DNA of 64,000 bases from Octopus vulgaris (Eukaryota): assembly GCA_951406725.2 (NCBI GenBank), contig OX597820.1, positions 2,108,001 through 2,172,000 on the forward strand, in the 5' to 3' direction. Both the position numbers and the translations under genes were made by a program. The notes under the pieces were generated by a model, which was not told the DNA's origin, did not search any database, and worked only from the letters and a program-made list of their open reading frames with translations. This document shows, one piece after another, positions 26,691 to 39,794 of this stretch. The first letter of the stretch is position 1; every line of letters starts with the position of its first letter.

Positions 26691-26830
26691 TAACACACTC
26701 ACCGGTAAAATTTCCACTTATTTCTTTATTTTTCTAAAATATTCGTTGAGCCTTGAAGGTTGCAAGACACAACGAAAATTTTAGAAAAATAAAAAAGAAA
26801 CAAGTGGAAATTTTACCGGTGAGTGTGTTA
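26691..26830. repeat. 140-bp near-perfect palindrome (MITE-like)
   Basis: TAACACACTCACCGGTAAAATTTCCACTT... pairs with ...AAGTGGAAATTTTACCGGTGAGTGTGTTA. Confidence 0.85.
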
Positions 26831-27412
26831 AATGATAAGGCACTAAAAGAGAATGGCTCCCCCCAGACACAACAAAATATGCTTCAACACACGAACTCGT
26901 ATAAAGAATCTTGCAAGCCAAATTCGAAAACGAAACAATTTATTATACATAAACTTTAACAACAAAATTTTTATAGAGATCTTCAAGGGACATATGTACC
27001 CCACCCCCACTCCCCAGTTGTGGACCTCTGGTTTACAGTGTTCAGAACAAAGGGCTAACTAAAAGTTTGAAAACTAGCATGGACGTTTAAGACAAACTAA
27101 TGAAAATACTTTGGAGAGGCAAAGGGTTAAATCATGGCGAAAGCTTTCGGTGATTTATCAATTGGCTGGACGGTCTGTTTAAAATGGAACTGTTGAGACA
27201 GGCGCAGGTATTGCTGTATGCTTAAGAAAGACGCTTTGCCACAGCGTGATTTCTTGTTCAATCCCACTGCACGGTACATTGGGCAAGTGTCTTCTGCTAT
27301 GGCCACGGGCCGAGCAATACTTCGTGAGTAAATTTGGTTGACGGAAATTGTGTGGAAGTGCGCTATATGTATGTATGTATGTATGTATGTATATATACAT
27401 ATACATATATAT

Positions 27413-27476
<64 letters not shown>

Positions 27477-27705
27477 TGCTATTATTGTTATTTAGCACCT
27501 TATCTCTTATCAGAAGAACTGAACTGAACGTCCAAACCATGACCATCCCATCTTAGATTCAATCAATATGCTCAGTATTACATTGTCCAACTTGTCCTTC
27601 ATATATTAATATACTAACGGGGGATTTGATCGAAATTTGGCTGCTATTTTTAGCAGGCCTAACAATCGCACAGAATCTCTTTCATTAAATCAGTTGTTGC
27701 TGCTT

Positions 27706-28062
27706 TGTTTGTTTGTTGAGCGAAGCGGTCTTCGTCCTAGAAGTCCGAAACGTGGTCCTTTGCTATTCATAAGACCCGCAGAAGAGAAAGCAGGTCAACC
27801 CCCGATACCGAGAGCATCAACGAATGGATGACTGTGCATCCAGGCCCAGCAGTTGCAGAGGAAGTCAGAGACAAGAAACAGAAGGAAAGAGTGAGAGAAA
27901 GTTGGAGCGAAAGAGTACAACAGGGGTCGCCACCACCCCCTGCCTCGTGGAGCTTTAGGTGTTTTCGGTCAATAAACACACACAACGCCCGGTCTGGGAA
28001 TCGAAACCGCGATCCTCCGACCGCGAGTCCGCTGCCCTAACCATTGGGCCATTGCACCTCCA
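27706..28062 (-). mobile_element. SINE family A with alternative 3' half and 15-bp TSD
   Basis: CAGTTGTTGCTGCTT at 27691-27705 and 28063-28077. Confidence 0.9.
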
Positions 28063-28679
28063 CAGTTGTTGCTGCTTGAAGAGGTGAGCCGGTCTCTTTC
28101 CCTTGCACCTTACTTATTAACATATCTTTAAGATAAAAAGAAATATTTCTAAATTGAGTAATTGAATCTTGAAACTTTTCCTTTTAAAATTTTATGTTGC
28201 AGCTTTTGGATTTTATTATAAATACGATGGTTTAACTCAGGATTTGTGGTGACTGTACTCTATGAACCACGAATTCATAGTGCGATGGGGATTATAGATT
28301 AATCTTATCCTGGATAGAAAGCTGGTGAGGCATAGATAACATTCTTCAATAATCTGGTTCAGATTTCCGATAGAGATTAGAAAAAACAAATAAAGAATAT
28401 GGTTTACGTCGTAGAAATGTGGAAACTTCGGGAGAACGTGAAATAATTTGTTTTAACGACTGAACTCGAAGTAGATAACCTTATAAATAATACTGTGAAT
28501 ATTGAGTTAAAACCCTTTGAATAGAAACACGGCCGGCTTTTGACTGTCTTTTTTTATCCAAAGGATTACCTAATCCAAAATTTACTCGCTACTGTTTTTA
28601 TTCTTATCTTTAAGGCAAAGAATTCTGAACCTAACAAAACATAGCAGACAATAATAGTCAGCTACTAATGTAATAGTCA

Positions 28680-29002
28680 TTCTTTCTGCGGCAACGCCTG
28701 AATTGTTTCGGTATTGTACTAATCTCAACAGCTAAGCATTATTAAAATCCGTTATGGACAGCTTTGCAGGACATTGTTGGGAACTAAACATGAGTTGACA
28801 AGTGACCTACTGCTATGGATGCCAAAGCATGGCCGTATTCCAGCAGACCGTCTGAACACAACGAATGTAGATCAACCCGCCAGAGATACTGGACGCCTCT
28901 CCGAAGACCCCCACCTCAAATAATGCAAGACCGAGATGGATGGCGTGTGCGAGTAAAAAATGTCCGAGCAAGCTCGACCAGATGATGATAAAGATGATGA
29001 TG
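28680..29002 (+). mobile_element. RTE-clade LINE 3' end
   Basis: FAGHCW..SDLLLWMPKHG...MQDRDGWRVRV followed by a GAT-repeat tail. Confidence 0.8.
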
Positions 29003-29374
29003 GATAGTATTAGATCGAAATAGCAACCTGTGTACCATGCTTAATGCAGATACATCGCCAAAGGCAAATTAACTGCGGTGTACGGAAACAATATTGCTAA
29101 TTGCAACATCAGTAGTTTTTCAATCAGTTTTCCCTGTACCAGTAATGAGGAATTTCGTCTTAGCGTGCAATTGCCAGTTGGTACACGTTACTGACGAAGC
29201 TCAATAATGCAGAAATACGCACCAAGCTTTCGCACGCCCGCTGTTGGATGAATATCATTTGTGTTTTTAAACATTGTTCGCTCGCAAAAGGTATTATCTC
29301 CGAACAAATACTGTATGTATTTGCCTTTCAAAATGTATTTGCATTGATTATGATACATAAATACCTATGTACGG

Positions 29375-29442
<68 letters not shown>

Positions 29443-29868
29443 CTGTAGTATATAAATAAATGTATATTCACGTCTTATATCACCTGACTATACGCTTTTA
29501 TATATAAATAAATACATATACATATATTATTTTCTTATTTTGTTCGGGAAATAGATTTACAAATAGAACAGAAACGAAGACAGACCAAAGAAAGGAGAAG
29601 ACATAGATGTGTCTTACCAATAAATATCTCATTAATTGAGAAGAGGAGAATATTTTCACTTTGAGGCGGATAAGTCTCAGCAGCTATTGAGCTCTATCAA
29701 TACACATATATCATTTATATATATTCATAGACATACGGAAGCGTTGATGACAAGCCATAATAGTACCAACGTGCATCAGTGTGTGTGTGTGTGTGCGTGT
29801 GCGTGTACGCTTCTTAGTATGACTATCTACGTGGGCATATTATACATAAGTTTACGCATATAGGTGTA

Positions 29869-29918
<50 letters not shown>

Positions 29919-30185
29919 AACATGCTTGAGCTAAATATCGTATGTGTTCACTTACATACACATGCATGCGTATAAACATACACATACGCAGAAACACAAT
30001 ATATGTATGTGTATATAAATGTGTATACGCACACACGCACACGCACACTCATATATATCCAAGTACATATATATATATGTATGTATATATATATATAGAA
30101 TATTTATATATATATATATATATAGTATATGTATATATAGTATAATGTGTGTATATATATATTGTATATGAATATGCATATACTA

Positions 30186-30236
<51 letters not shown>

Positions 30237-30945
30237 GGCATGCGTATGTCTTGTTGGCTATCCATATATGTGTATACGTATGCATAAGTGTTTGTCTTGA
30301 TGCATATTTGAAGATGAACGAGTTGCTATGTGAATATTAAAATAACAGAAATATTAGAAAAAGCTACAACTGGAATATATTGTTGTCTTTCTTTTTCACT
30401 GGGACTGCGGGGTCTCCTTATCGTTTCTTTTTTTCTTTTTTCTTTTTTTTTTTTTGGATACTTTCATTTTTTTTTTTTCTTTAGCAAACATTTGAAATTA
30501 GTAATAACACAATTTTAATTAAATCTTCCCAATATTGCCTGTTATGAGATTTTTAGCATTCCTTCTGTCTCTGATTATGCTTATGGACAGAAATTACCGA
30601 CAAGTAGCTGAGTAGGTCGAAGTATGTTTTCCATATCGTATATTTCAATAACATATATCGTCTTGTTATGAAATGAAAGTCAGACGCCAGAATGTCCAGA
30701 AGTAAGAGTTCATAAATGTATCTGCATCGAGCTCTCTGTTGTCCCAGGGCCCATTCAAGCCATATAGACAGCGCCTCCTTCCAGCCGTAACCGTTATTAA
30801 AAGTGAGCGAAACCATCTAGGTTTAAATGTTCCTTCAGTTCTTCCCATTTAACTATTTCATGCCTTAGGTTGAAAACTCTTTATCCATGCAAGCAGTGTA
30901 GATTTAAATGTGTTATCATATACATAGCACGCTCGTAAACGACCA

Positions 30946-31091
<146 letters not shown>

Positions 31092-31094
31092 TAT

Positions 31095-31447
31095 ACTCTT
31101 TACTCTTTAGAGCAAATCTACCCCAGGACTTATTCTTTGTAAGCCTAGTACCTATTCTATCGCTCTCTTTTGCCGAACCACAAAGTTACGGGGGTGTAAA
31201 CACACCAGCATCGGTTGTCAAGCGATGTTCGGGGGAACAAACATACACACACACTCATACATACATATATATATATATATATATGTACGACGGGCTTCTT
31301 TAAGTTTCCGTCTACCAAATCCACTCACAAGGCTTTGGTCGGCCCGAGGCTATAGTAGAAAACGCTTGCCCAAGGTTTCACGCAGTGGGACTGAGCCCGG
31401 AACCATGTGGTTCGTAAGCAAGCTACTTACTGCACAGCCACTCCTAC
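31095..31447 (-). mobile_element. SINE family C
   Basis: Collinear with 55351-55730. Confidence 0.85.
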
Positions 31448-31450
31448 ACG

Positions 31451-31505
<55 letters not shown>

Positions 31506-31702
31506 AACTACACACGTGCTGTTGGTGTTTTTTTTCCCTTCTCTGGATTATTTCGTTTTCCTTTCTGACGAAGAGCTATGCTTGAAACGTTAAAAATCTT
31601 TTTACTGAGCGTCAAACTAATACATTCCATGTGCACATCCTCTTGTTGATTTGTTATAGTTATGCTTAATGTACAATTATTCAATTCGACTATTTATATA
31701 TA

Positions 31703-31804
<102 letters not shown>

Positions 31805-31809
31805 CATAT

Positions 31810-31870
<61 letters not shown>

Positions 31871-31872
<2 letters not shown>

Positions 31873-32137
31873 GCGCGTGGCTTAGTGGTTAGGGTATTCG
31901 GCTCACGATCATAAGGTCGTGAGTTCAATTCCCAGCGGCACATTGTGTCCTTAAGCAAGACACTTTATTTCACGACGCTCCAGTCCACTCAGCTGGCAAA
32001 AATGAGTTGTATTTCAAAGGACAAGCCCCGTCACATTCGGTGTGTCACGTTGAATCGCCCTTAGAACTACGTTAAGCGTACATGTGTCTGTGGAGTGCTC
32101 AGCCACTTGCAAGCTGTTCCGTTGATCGGATCAACTG
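31871..32137 (+). mobile_element. tRNA-derived SINE sharing the family A 3' half but with a CORE-like centre
   Basis: TGGCTTAGTGG and GAGTTCAATTCC boxes; TGTGTCCTTAAGCAAGACACTT; then GAACTACGTTAAG...GTTCCGTTGATCGGATCAAC as in family A. Confidence 0.75.
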
Positions 32138-32199
32138 TTAGTTATATACAGGTTGCCATTTTATATTTTTAATTCCGCGCATGCGCATTGTTTTTCTTT

Positions 32200-32380
32200 T
32201 GGTTTTCTTCCGGAGTTTTGTTTCGACAAGGAGGTTTTTCCCTCCTTCTCAAAGGCTGTTATTACTTTCGAGACAGTACTTTTTGACACACGAAACATTT
32301 CGGCTGTTTTCGTTACGCTAGCGCCTGCCATTCGAACACCAACAATTTGTCCTCTTTGAATGTCCGATAGATCTGTTATT
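32200..32380 (-). pseudogene. Tc1 transposase N-terminal HTH fragment
   Basis: DLSDIQRGQIVGVRMAGASVTKTAEMFRVSKSTVSKVITAFEKEGKT..KQNSGRKP. Confidence 0.85.
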
Positions 32381-32484
32381 TTAATGAATTTTAATTAATT
32401 TTTTCTGATGATATCTGAAAAGAAACAGCAATTTTAGCAAAACTTTAAGCAACACTAATAATAAATTAAAGAAAACATAAAAAT

Positions 32485-33060
32485 AAACATACATACACGC
32501 ATACATGCATACGTACATACACACACACGTACATACATACATACATACATACACACGCAGACATATATACACACACATACATACATGCTCAAACACACAC
32601 AGCCATACATACATACATACATACATACATACACACATACATACATACATACACACATAACATACATACGTACGTACGTACATACATACATACATACATA
32701 CACACATACATACATACATACATACATACACACACACATACATACATACATACACACATACATGCACATACATACATACATACACACACACATACATACA
32801 TACATACATATATACATACATACATACATACATACATACATGCACACATACATACACACACACATACATACATACATGCACACATACATACATACATACA
32901 TACACACATACATACATACATACATACATACACACACACATACATACATACATACACACACACATACATACATACATACACACACACATACATACATACA
33001 TACATACATACATACATACATACATACATACATACATACATACATACATACATACGTACG
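32485..33060. repeat. (TACA)n/(CA)n array
   Basis: Direct reading. Confidence 0.95.
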
Positions 33061-33524
33061 TACCATTCATCCATCTTCCGCCGTAGGGTCCTGTCAGAAA
33101 CAACCGGTTGTTGCGTCCTCTCCCCGAGCTCTCTTCAACCCTCGCCCTAAAAACTAGTGAACGCCTGCTTCGATAGCCTGTTTTATGCTCTTCATTTTAT
33201 GCATTTGTGACCTCCTTGATGTCGCCCCTTCTGTGCAAACGACATTCCACGCCACTCATCCGTAATCATCCTCACTTAATGATCATTCATATGTAACCTT
33301 AACACCATACTCACATTCACTGAATCTATGCCTATAGACAGGCCCGACCCTGGGGTTTCTGGTGCCCCTGGGCAAGTTGAACTTAGGTATGTACAAGCTG
33401 ACAGTCGTGGAAATTTCCTTGTCTGTGTCACGTCCTCCTTGGCGCCCCCTGGTACATGGCGCCCCGGGCGGCTGCACGAGTTGCCGGTGCCTTTTGCCGG
33501 CCACCAAGAACAGACTGGCAAGAG

Positions 33525-33875
33525 CACATAACCAATGAAGATTTTTTGAAGAGAACCAACAGACGGCTACTCGCCAGGTACCTCACAGCATGTCACATAC
33601 GCTGAGTACCTCACAGCATGTCACATACGCTGAGTACCTCACAGCATGTCACATATGCTGGGTACCAAAAACAACGCCATTCTCCAACAGCTTTGAAATG
33701 GACACCACAAGAGGGGGAAAGAAAGGAAGACTACAGGGTGCAGAACATTCATAATTGACATGAGGAAGGCCGATATTAGGTGGGAAGATGGAGAGAAAAA
33801 CCAGAGCCAACAGAAACCAGGGGCATCCACTTGCTGCCTAAAGAACACAGGAGGAACTGAAACTAAAACTGAATT
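33525..33875 (+). mobile_element. RTE-clade LINE 3' remnant with internal 28-bp triplication
   Basis: ITNEDFLKRT...TALKWTP...IRWED; GTACCTCACAGCATGTCACATACGCTGA x3 at 33578-33661. Confidence 0.65.
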
Positions 33876-33944
33876 AATAGACACAACAATAAAAGAACAA
33901 GAGGCCTTAAACCTGAAATGATCTCTCATCGAAATCCTACATAC

Positions 33945-34362
33945 TAGTTTCAGATTTTTGCACAAGGCCAGCAACTTCGGGGGAGGCGACAAGTCGATCC
34001 CATTGTTCAAATGGTACTTGTTTTATTGACCCCGAAAGGAATGAAAAGCGATGTCGACCTCAGCAGAATTTGAACGCAGAACGTAAAGACGGACAAAATA
34101 ACGATAAACTTTTCGCCCGGCGTCCTGACGATTTTTGGCGGCCTTACAGAAATCCCACATTGTCTTTTCTACTCTAGGCACAAGGCCGACATTTTGGGCC
34201 AGTCGATTAGATCGATCCCAGTACGCAACTGTTATTTAATTTATCGACCCCGAAAGGATGAAAGGCAAAGTCGACCTCGGCGGCATTTGAACTCAGAACG
34301 TAAAGACAGACTGCAAAGCATTTCGCCCGGCCTACTAACGATTCCGCCAGCTCGCTGCCTTA
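33945..34362 (-). mobile_element. Tandem pair of SINE family B
   Basis: Two head-to-tail copies. Confidence 0.8.
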
Positions 34363-34929
34363 CCAGAAATCCCATAACGACGACAAGGTTTTCCTTCTTA
34401 GAGCTGAGATATTATACTTCAACTCTCAACTCCACTAAGCCTCTCTTTATATGCGATATAGCGGTTGTTGTGCACTCCCGCACACACGTTCAAGGCCGTA
34501 TCTAAATTAAGACCGAGCGGCTGATTGACAAAGTTTCTTTCCCCAACACACTTCAACTATTTATATATATATGGTTATGCTCTTTCTTCTCTCTCTATCT
34601 TTCGCCACGCTAGCGACCTCAGTTCCTATGAAATAACTAGTATAGTTTACTACATACCTTCTTCTTCTTCTACTATTAAAATAGTTTCCTTTTCCTTCTT
34701 CGTACAAAACCACTTTCTTCGTTCACTCAATCCTTCCTTCGCATTATTTATTAGAGAGTACAACATATTTTATAATAGGTTTTGCAAGAAGGGAGATCTG
34801 TCGAAGTCTATCTAGCTAAATAGGCTGTATTTCGAAGTCACTTTCACCCCCATTTCTTGAAAAGTATAAAGCACATACACACATATAAACATACATACAC
34901 ACACACACACACATATATATATGTATATG

Positions 34930-34963
<34 letters not shown>

Positions 34964-34977
34964 TGTATGTATATATG

Positions 34978-35008
<31 letters not shown>

Positions 35009-35118
35009 ACACACACATATAAATACATACATATATATTTATATACATATATATATATTTATATATATGTATGCATGTAGATGATAGATAGAGAGAGAGA
35101 GAGAGAGAGAGATGGATG

Positions 35119-35178
<60 letters not shown>

Positions 35179-35179
35179 T

Positions 35180-35276
<97 letters not shown>

Positions 35277-35416
35277 GGTAGATAGATTATTATATTTGCT
35301 TAAAAGTGTGTATATAAATATATATTATACATGTGTGCGTATGTGCAAATGTGTGCTTGTATGTGTATCTATGTGAATGTGTGGGTATCTGAGGGAGAGA
35401 GAGACAGACAGACCGA

Positions 35417-35458
<42 letters not shown>

Positions 35459-35496
35459 GAGTGTGTTGGTTAATATTTATCACTTTTTGCAGCAGG

Positions 35497-35866
35497 TGGA
35501 GGCGCAATGGCCCAGTGGTTAGGGCAGCGGACTCGCGGTTTCGATTCCCAGACCGGGCGTTGTGAGTGTTTATTGAGCGAAAACACCTAAAAGTTCCACG
35601 AGGCTCCGGCAGGGGATGGTGGTGATCCCTGCTGTACTCTTTCGCCACAACTTTCTCTCACTTTTACTTCCTGTTTCTGTTGTACCTGTATTTCAAGGGG
35701 CCGGCTTTGTCACTCTCTGTGTCACGCTGAATATCCCCGAGAACTACGTTAAGGGTGCACGTGTCTGTGGAGTGCTCAGCCACTTACACGTTAATTTCAC
35801 GAGCAGGCTGTTCCGTTGATCGGATCAACCGGAACCCTCATCGTCGTAACCGACGGAGTGCTTCCA
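35497..35866 (+). mobile_element. SINE family A full length with 13-bp TSD
   Basis: TTTTTGCAGCAGG at 35484-35496 and 35867-35879; A and B boxes present. Confidence 0.9.
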
Positions 35867-36045
35867 TTTTTGCAGCAGGCAGAAATAGAACTTGTCACTT
35901 GGAGACTCTTATGACAATTTGCGTAGATTTTATTTATAAGCAGCTCTCCACAATCACTTTAAAATCCATCTCTCTGAAAGCCGTTGTCCATAACACATAC
36001 ATATGCACAAATACATATAAACATATATATAAACATATATATATA

Positions 36046-37674
36046 TAGTTGCGGCCAAAATGTTCAGAACGGCATTGTTTTCGTCAAAAAAGTAGGTATA
36101 AGTTTTTATTAAAGTTGTTTTATATTCTATAATTTTCACAGACAATAAATACGATATTATTTGGTATTGTCTGAGATTTTGGTGTAATATGAGAAGATAA
36201 TAAAAAAGTTATGGATGATTTAGGGATTTACTGCAAAACCCATGGCGGCCAAAATGATCAGAACGGTTGCTTTTACTCCATGTTTTAGTATATATAACCG
36301 GCGAACTCTAATGTTTTGAATTTGTTTACGTGACAGTTCGTTTACTAAACATTAGTAAGAATATCTGCAGTGTACTTTGTTAATATAATGCCACTTACTC
36401 CGTTACCAATTCGTCAGCAGATTATTAAGCTTCGAAAGAGGGATAATTTAAGTATTAGGTCTATTGCAAAGATTGTTAACAAGTCAAAAAGTGTTGTTCA
36501 CGGTATTTTTAAGGTCTACGATGATTGTGGTTCGTGTGAAGCAAGAAAGTCTACAAGTAGGCCAAGAAAACGACCAAGAGAGAAGATCGTGCTATGGTAA
36601 AATTGGTTTAAAAGGACAGATTTAAAACTGCTGCTGCTGTTTTTCGGGAAATGAGCATTGTATTGAAGAAAACTTTATCTCGAAAAACTGTGTCTCGTCC
36701 TTTAGTGGAACATGACCTACAAGCAAGAGCACCTGCAGTGAAGCCACTGATCAGCTCCAAGAATAAAAAGTGTCGTCTTACCTTTGCAACCGAACATGTG
36801 TTGTGGTCTCAAGAAAAATGGCAAACGGTGAATTTCAGTGATGAATCTAAGTCTATGTTATTTGGCTCAGATGGGAAAAGGTACGTTCGTCGAAAAGCAG
36901 GTGAAAAATTGTCACCTAAATGCCTTAAGACTAGTGTTAAATTCGGTGGAGGAAGTGTCATGGTTTGGGGGATGATATCTGGAGATGTTGTGGGCCCTTT
37001 GCTGCGATTACATGGAAAGGTAAATGCAGGAGTTTATAAACAACTTGTAAAAGATCATGTCTTGCCTGTGCTGAGAAATTCAACTAAGCGACCACCCATA
37101 TTCATGCAGGACAATGCCCCATGTCACAAGGCTAAGGTGGTCATGAACTTCCTCAAGGCTGAAAAGGTTATTGTTATGGATTGGCCTGCTCAAAGCCCAG
37201 ACCTCAATCTATTGAAAATGTGTGGAATATTCTAGGAGAACGTTTGATAGCCAGAAATCCTAAAACAACCGAGCAATTATGGAATGCTCTTCAGGAAGAA
37301 TGGAATAAGATCACCCAGCAAGAAATTGAAAATTTAATTTCCCCATGCAGTCGAAAATGTCAAACTGTGATTGAAGCTAAAGGGCTTCACACTAAATATG
37401 AAATAATTCCAGCATTCTCTGTCACTTTTTGAATATTTTGTTATTTTTTCAACCGTTCTGATCATTTTGGCCACCATGGGTTTTGCAGTAAATCCCTATA
37501 TCATCCATAACTTTTGTATTATCCTCTCAAATTACACCAAAATCTCAGACAATACCAATTAATATCGTATTTATTGTCTGTGAAAATTATAGAATATAAA
37601 ACAACTTTAATAAAAACTTATATCTACTATTCTGACAAAAGCAAATGCCGTTCTGAACATTTTGGCCGCAACTG
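36046..37674 (+). mobile_element. Full-length Tc1-like (DD34E, IR/DR type) transposon
   Basis: About 225-bp TIRs, each with outer and inner GGCCAAAATG(T/A)TCAGAACGG repeats; TA flanks within (TA)n. Confidence 0.95.
36388..37400 (+). pseudogene. Tc1 transposase with two frameshifts
   Basis: HTH region, FSDES, GGGSVMVWG, QDNAPCH and WPAQSPDLN/IENVW split over three ORFs (shifts near 36570 and 37210). Confidence 0.92.
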
Positions 37675-37762
37675 TATATATATAATAAATATTAGGGAAT
37701 AAATCCAAATTTACAGGAAAAAATCAGATTTAGGATTGAATCCAATTTTATAGTAAAATATT

Positions 37763-37879
37763 ATATTATATTAAATTAGAGACAAAACCACTATTATGCA
37801 AATCAAACAAAGAAAGACTTAAGCCAATACATAAATTTCTTTGTTTGATTTGCATAATAGTGGTTTTGTCTCTAATTTA

Positions 37880-37888
<9 letters not shown>
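37763..37888. repeat. Perfect 53-bp inverted repeat with 20-nt spacer
   Basis: 37763-37815 is the reverse complement of 37836-37888. Confidence 0.9.
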
Positions 37889-37937
<49 letters not shown>

Positions 37938-38024
37938 TATGTGCGTGTGTGTGTGTGTGTGTGGAGGGCGCAATACCCAGTGGTTAGATATATATATATA
38001 TCTAACTAGCTAGCTAAATATCTA

Positions 38025-38120
<96 letters not shown>

Positions 38121-38242
38121 CTTACTTGGAGGAAAGAAACGAAACGACGCGAGGGCGCTCAGTCATTTAATAACAATTTAATAAATAAAATATATGCATA
38201 CATACATATATGTACGTACCTACATCTATATGTACATATACA

Positions 38243-38276
<34 letters not shown>

Positions 38277-38799
38277 TACAGGACGCCACAAATTAAACGT
38301 AGAACACAACGAGAAACGAAAACATTAAATCAAACAAGGAAACGGACTTTTTTTAACAACGAAAAAACAGAGTACAAGACAAACAATACAAGGAACATTC
38401 CCCTTCATCAGCTGCCCCTGGAAGGACTGCTTCAGCCGGATTGTGTTCTGCCCTTACCTTCGAAACACGTATTGAGTCGAACCAATATATATATATATAT
38501 ATATATATAGCCGTTTGTCTTCCTCTATCTCTCTCACTCCTCCTCATCTCTCTCACAGCCGGCCAAATACTTCCTTTTTGCATGCGGCCTTCTAACTGTA
38601 AACACACGGTTTTCTTGCGCTCCTTGAATCTCTCCTCGTCTAGGCAAAAAAGGCCCTCTTTGGTTGTTTTCTTGTGTTTTTATTTCTTGTATTGTATTTT
38701 CTTGTAATTGTATTTTTATTTTGTATTTTATTTTGTAATTTTATTTGTATCATTTTTACGTCCTGTTTGTGTCACATTATGCATATATTTTATTTATTG

Positions 38800-38843
<44 letters not shown>

Positions 38844-38957
38844 TTGGATGTAGGTACGTACATATATGTATGTATGTATGCATACATTTTATTTATTAAA
38901 TTGTTTTATATATATATATATATACACACATACATACACACACATAAATACATATAC

Positions 38958-38989
<32 letters not shown>

Positions 38990-39059
38990 CCGTATATATA
39001 TGTATATATGTATATGTGCATGTGTGTTTATATGTGTTTGTGTGCATATATATGTATGT

Positions 39060-39114
<55 letters not shown>

Positions 39115-39198
39115 TCCTTTTAAAATTTTCACTCAGCGTTAATCTTACGTGTACTTCTAATTGACTTTTGTTTTTTCCTTTTTTTTTACTTTCGATAT

Positions 39199-39272
<74 letters not shown>

Positions 39273-39794
39273 AGCAATATAAACAGGCTGGTCGTAAAAG
39301 CGTTGTGTTTACCAATGTACTGGCTGAATAGCTGTTAATTAATAAAACAAACTGTCTCAAAGACTGAAAAGCAACAAACAAAAATAACACAAGAGAAACG
39401 TTGAGACATTCTGAGGAAGTTCGCTCGGTTCGGTTACAATGAGAAGTGTTACGGTGGAAGAACGGTTTGGGTTGTTGTCGATTTTCCGAGAACGAGAGGC
39501 GACGATGGAAGGCAGGAGAGAGGGAAGCGGATTTATCATTTAAGTTTACAGCAGATATTTCACTCTACGTTGGAATAGAAAATTCCAAGCTCTATTAAGG
39601 CCATAGGCTAAGGACCAGGATGTGCAGGAGGGGCAGGGGGAGCAAGCTCAGTCCTTAAAATTTGGGGTGGGGAGCCATGAAAACGCTTTCAGTTTCGTCC
39701 TGAAAACCTTCATCGCCAAAACGAACGAGAGTAGAAACATTACTTTTCCATTATTGGATTCATCTGATTTCATTAAGTTACAAATATAATAATT

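Noticed and set aside
29185-29230. CTGACGA...GAAA near 29192
   Set aside because: Stems I and III cannot be formed convincingly.
33578-33661. 28-bp x3 repeat as CRISPR
   Set aside because: Simple tandem triplication inside a LINE remnant.
35497-35560. tRNA genes at SINE heads
   Set aside because: The cloverleaf is incomplete, and the head continues into the SINE body with TSDs.
38395-38475. CTGATGA (minus) and GAAACACGTA (plus) near each other
   Set aside because: They are on opposite strands and cannot form one ribozyme as written; possibly a rearranged PLE remnant.
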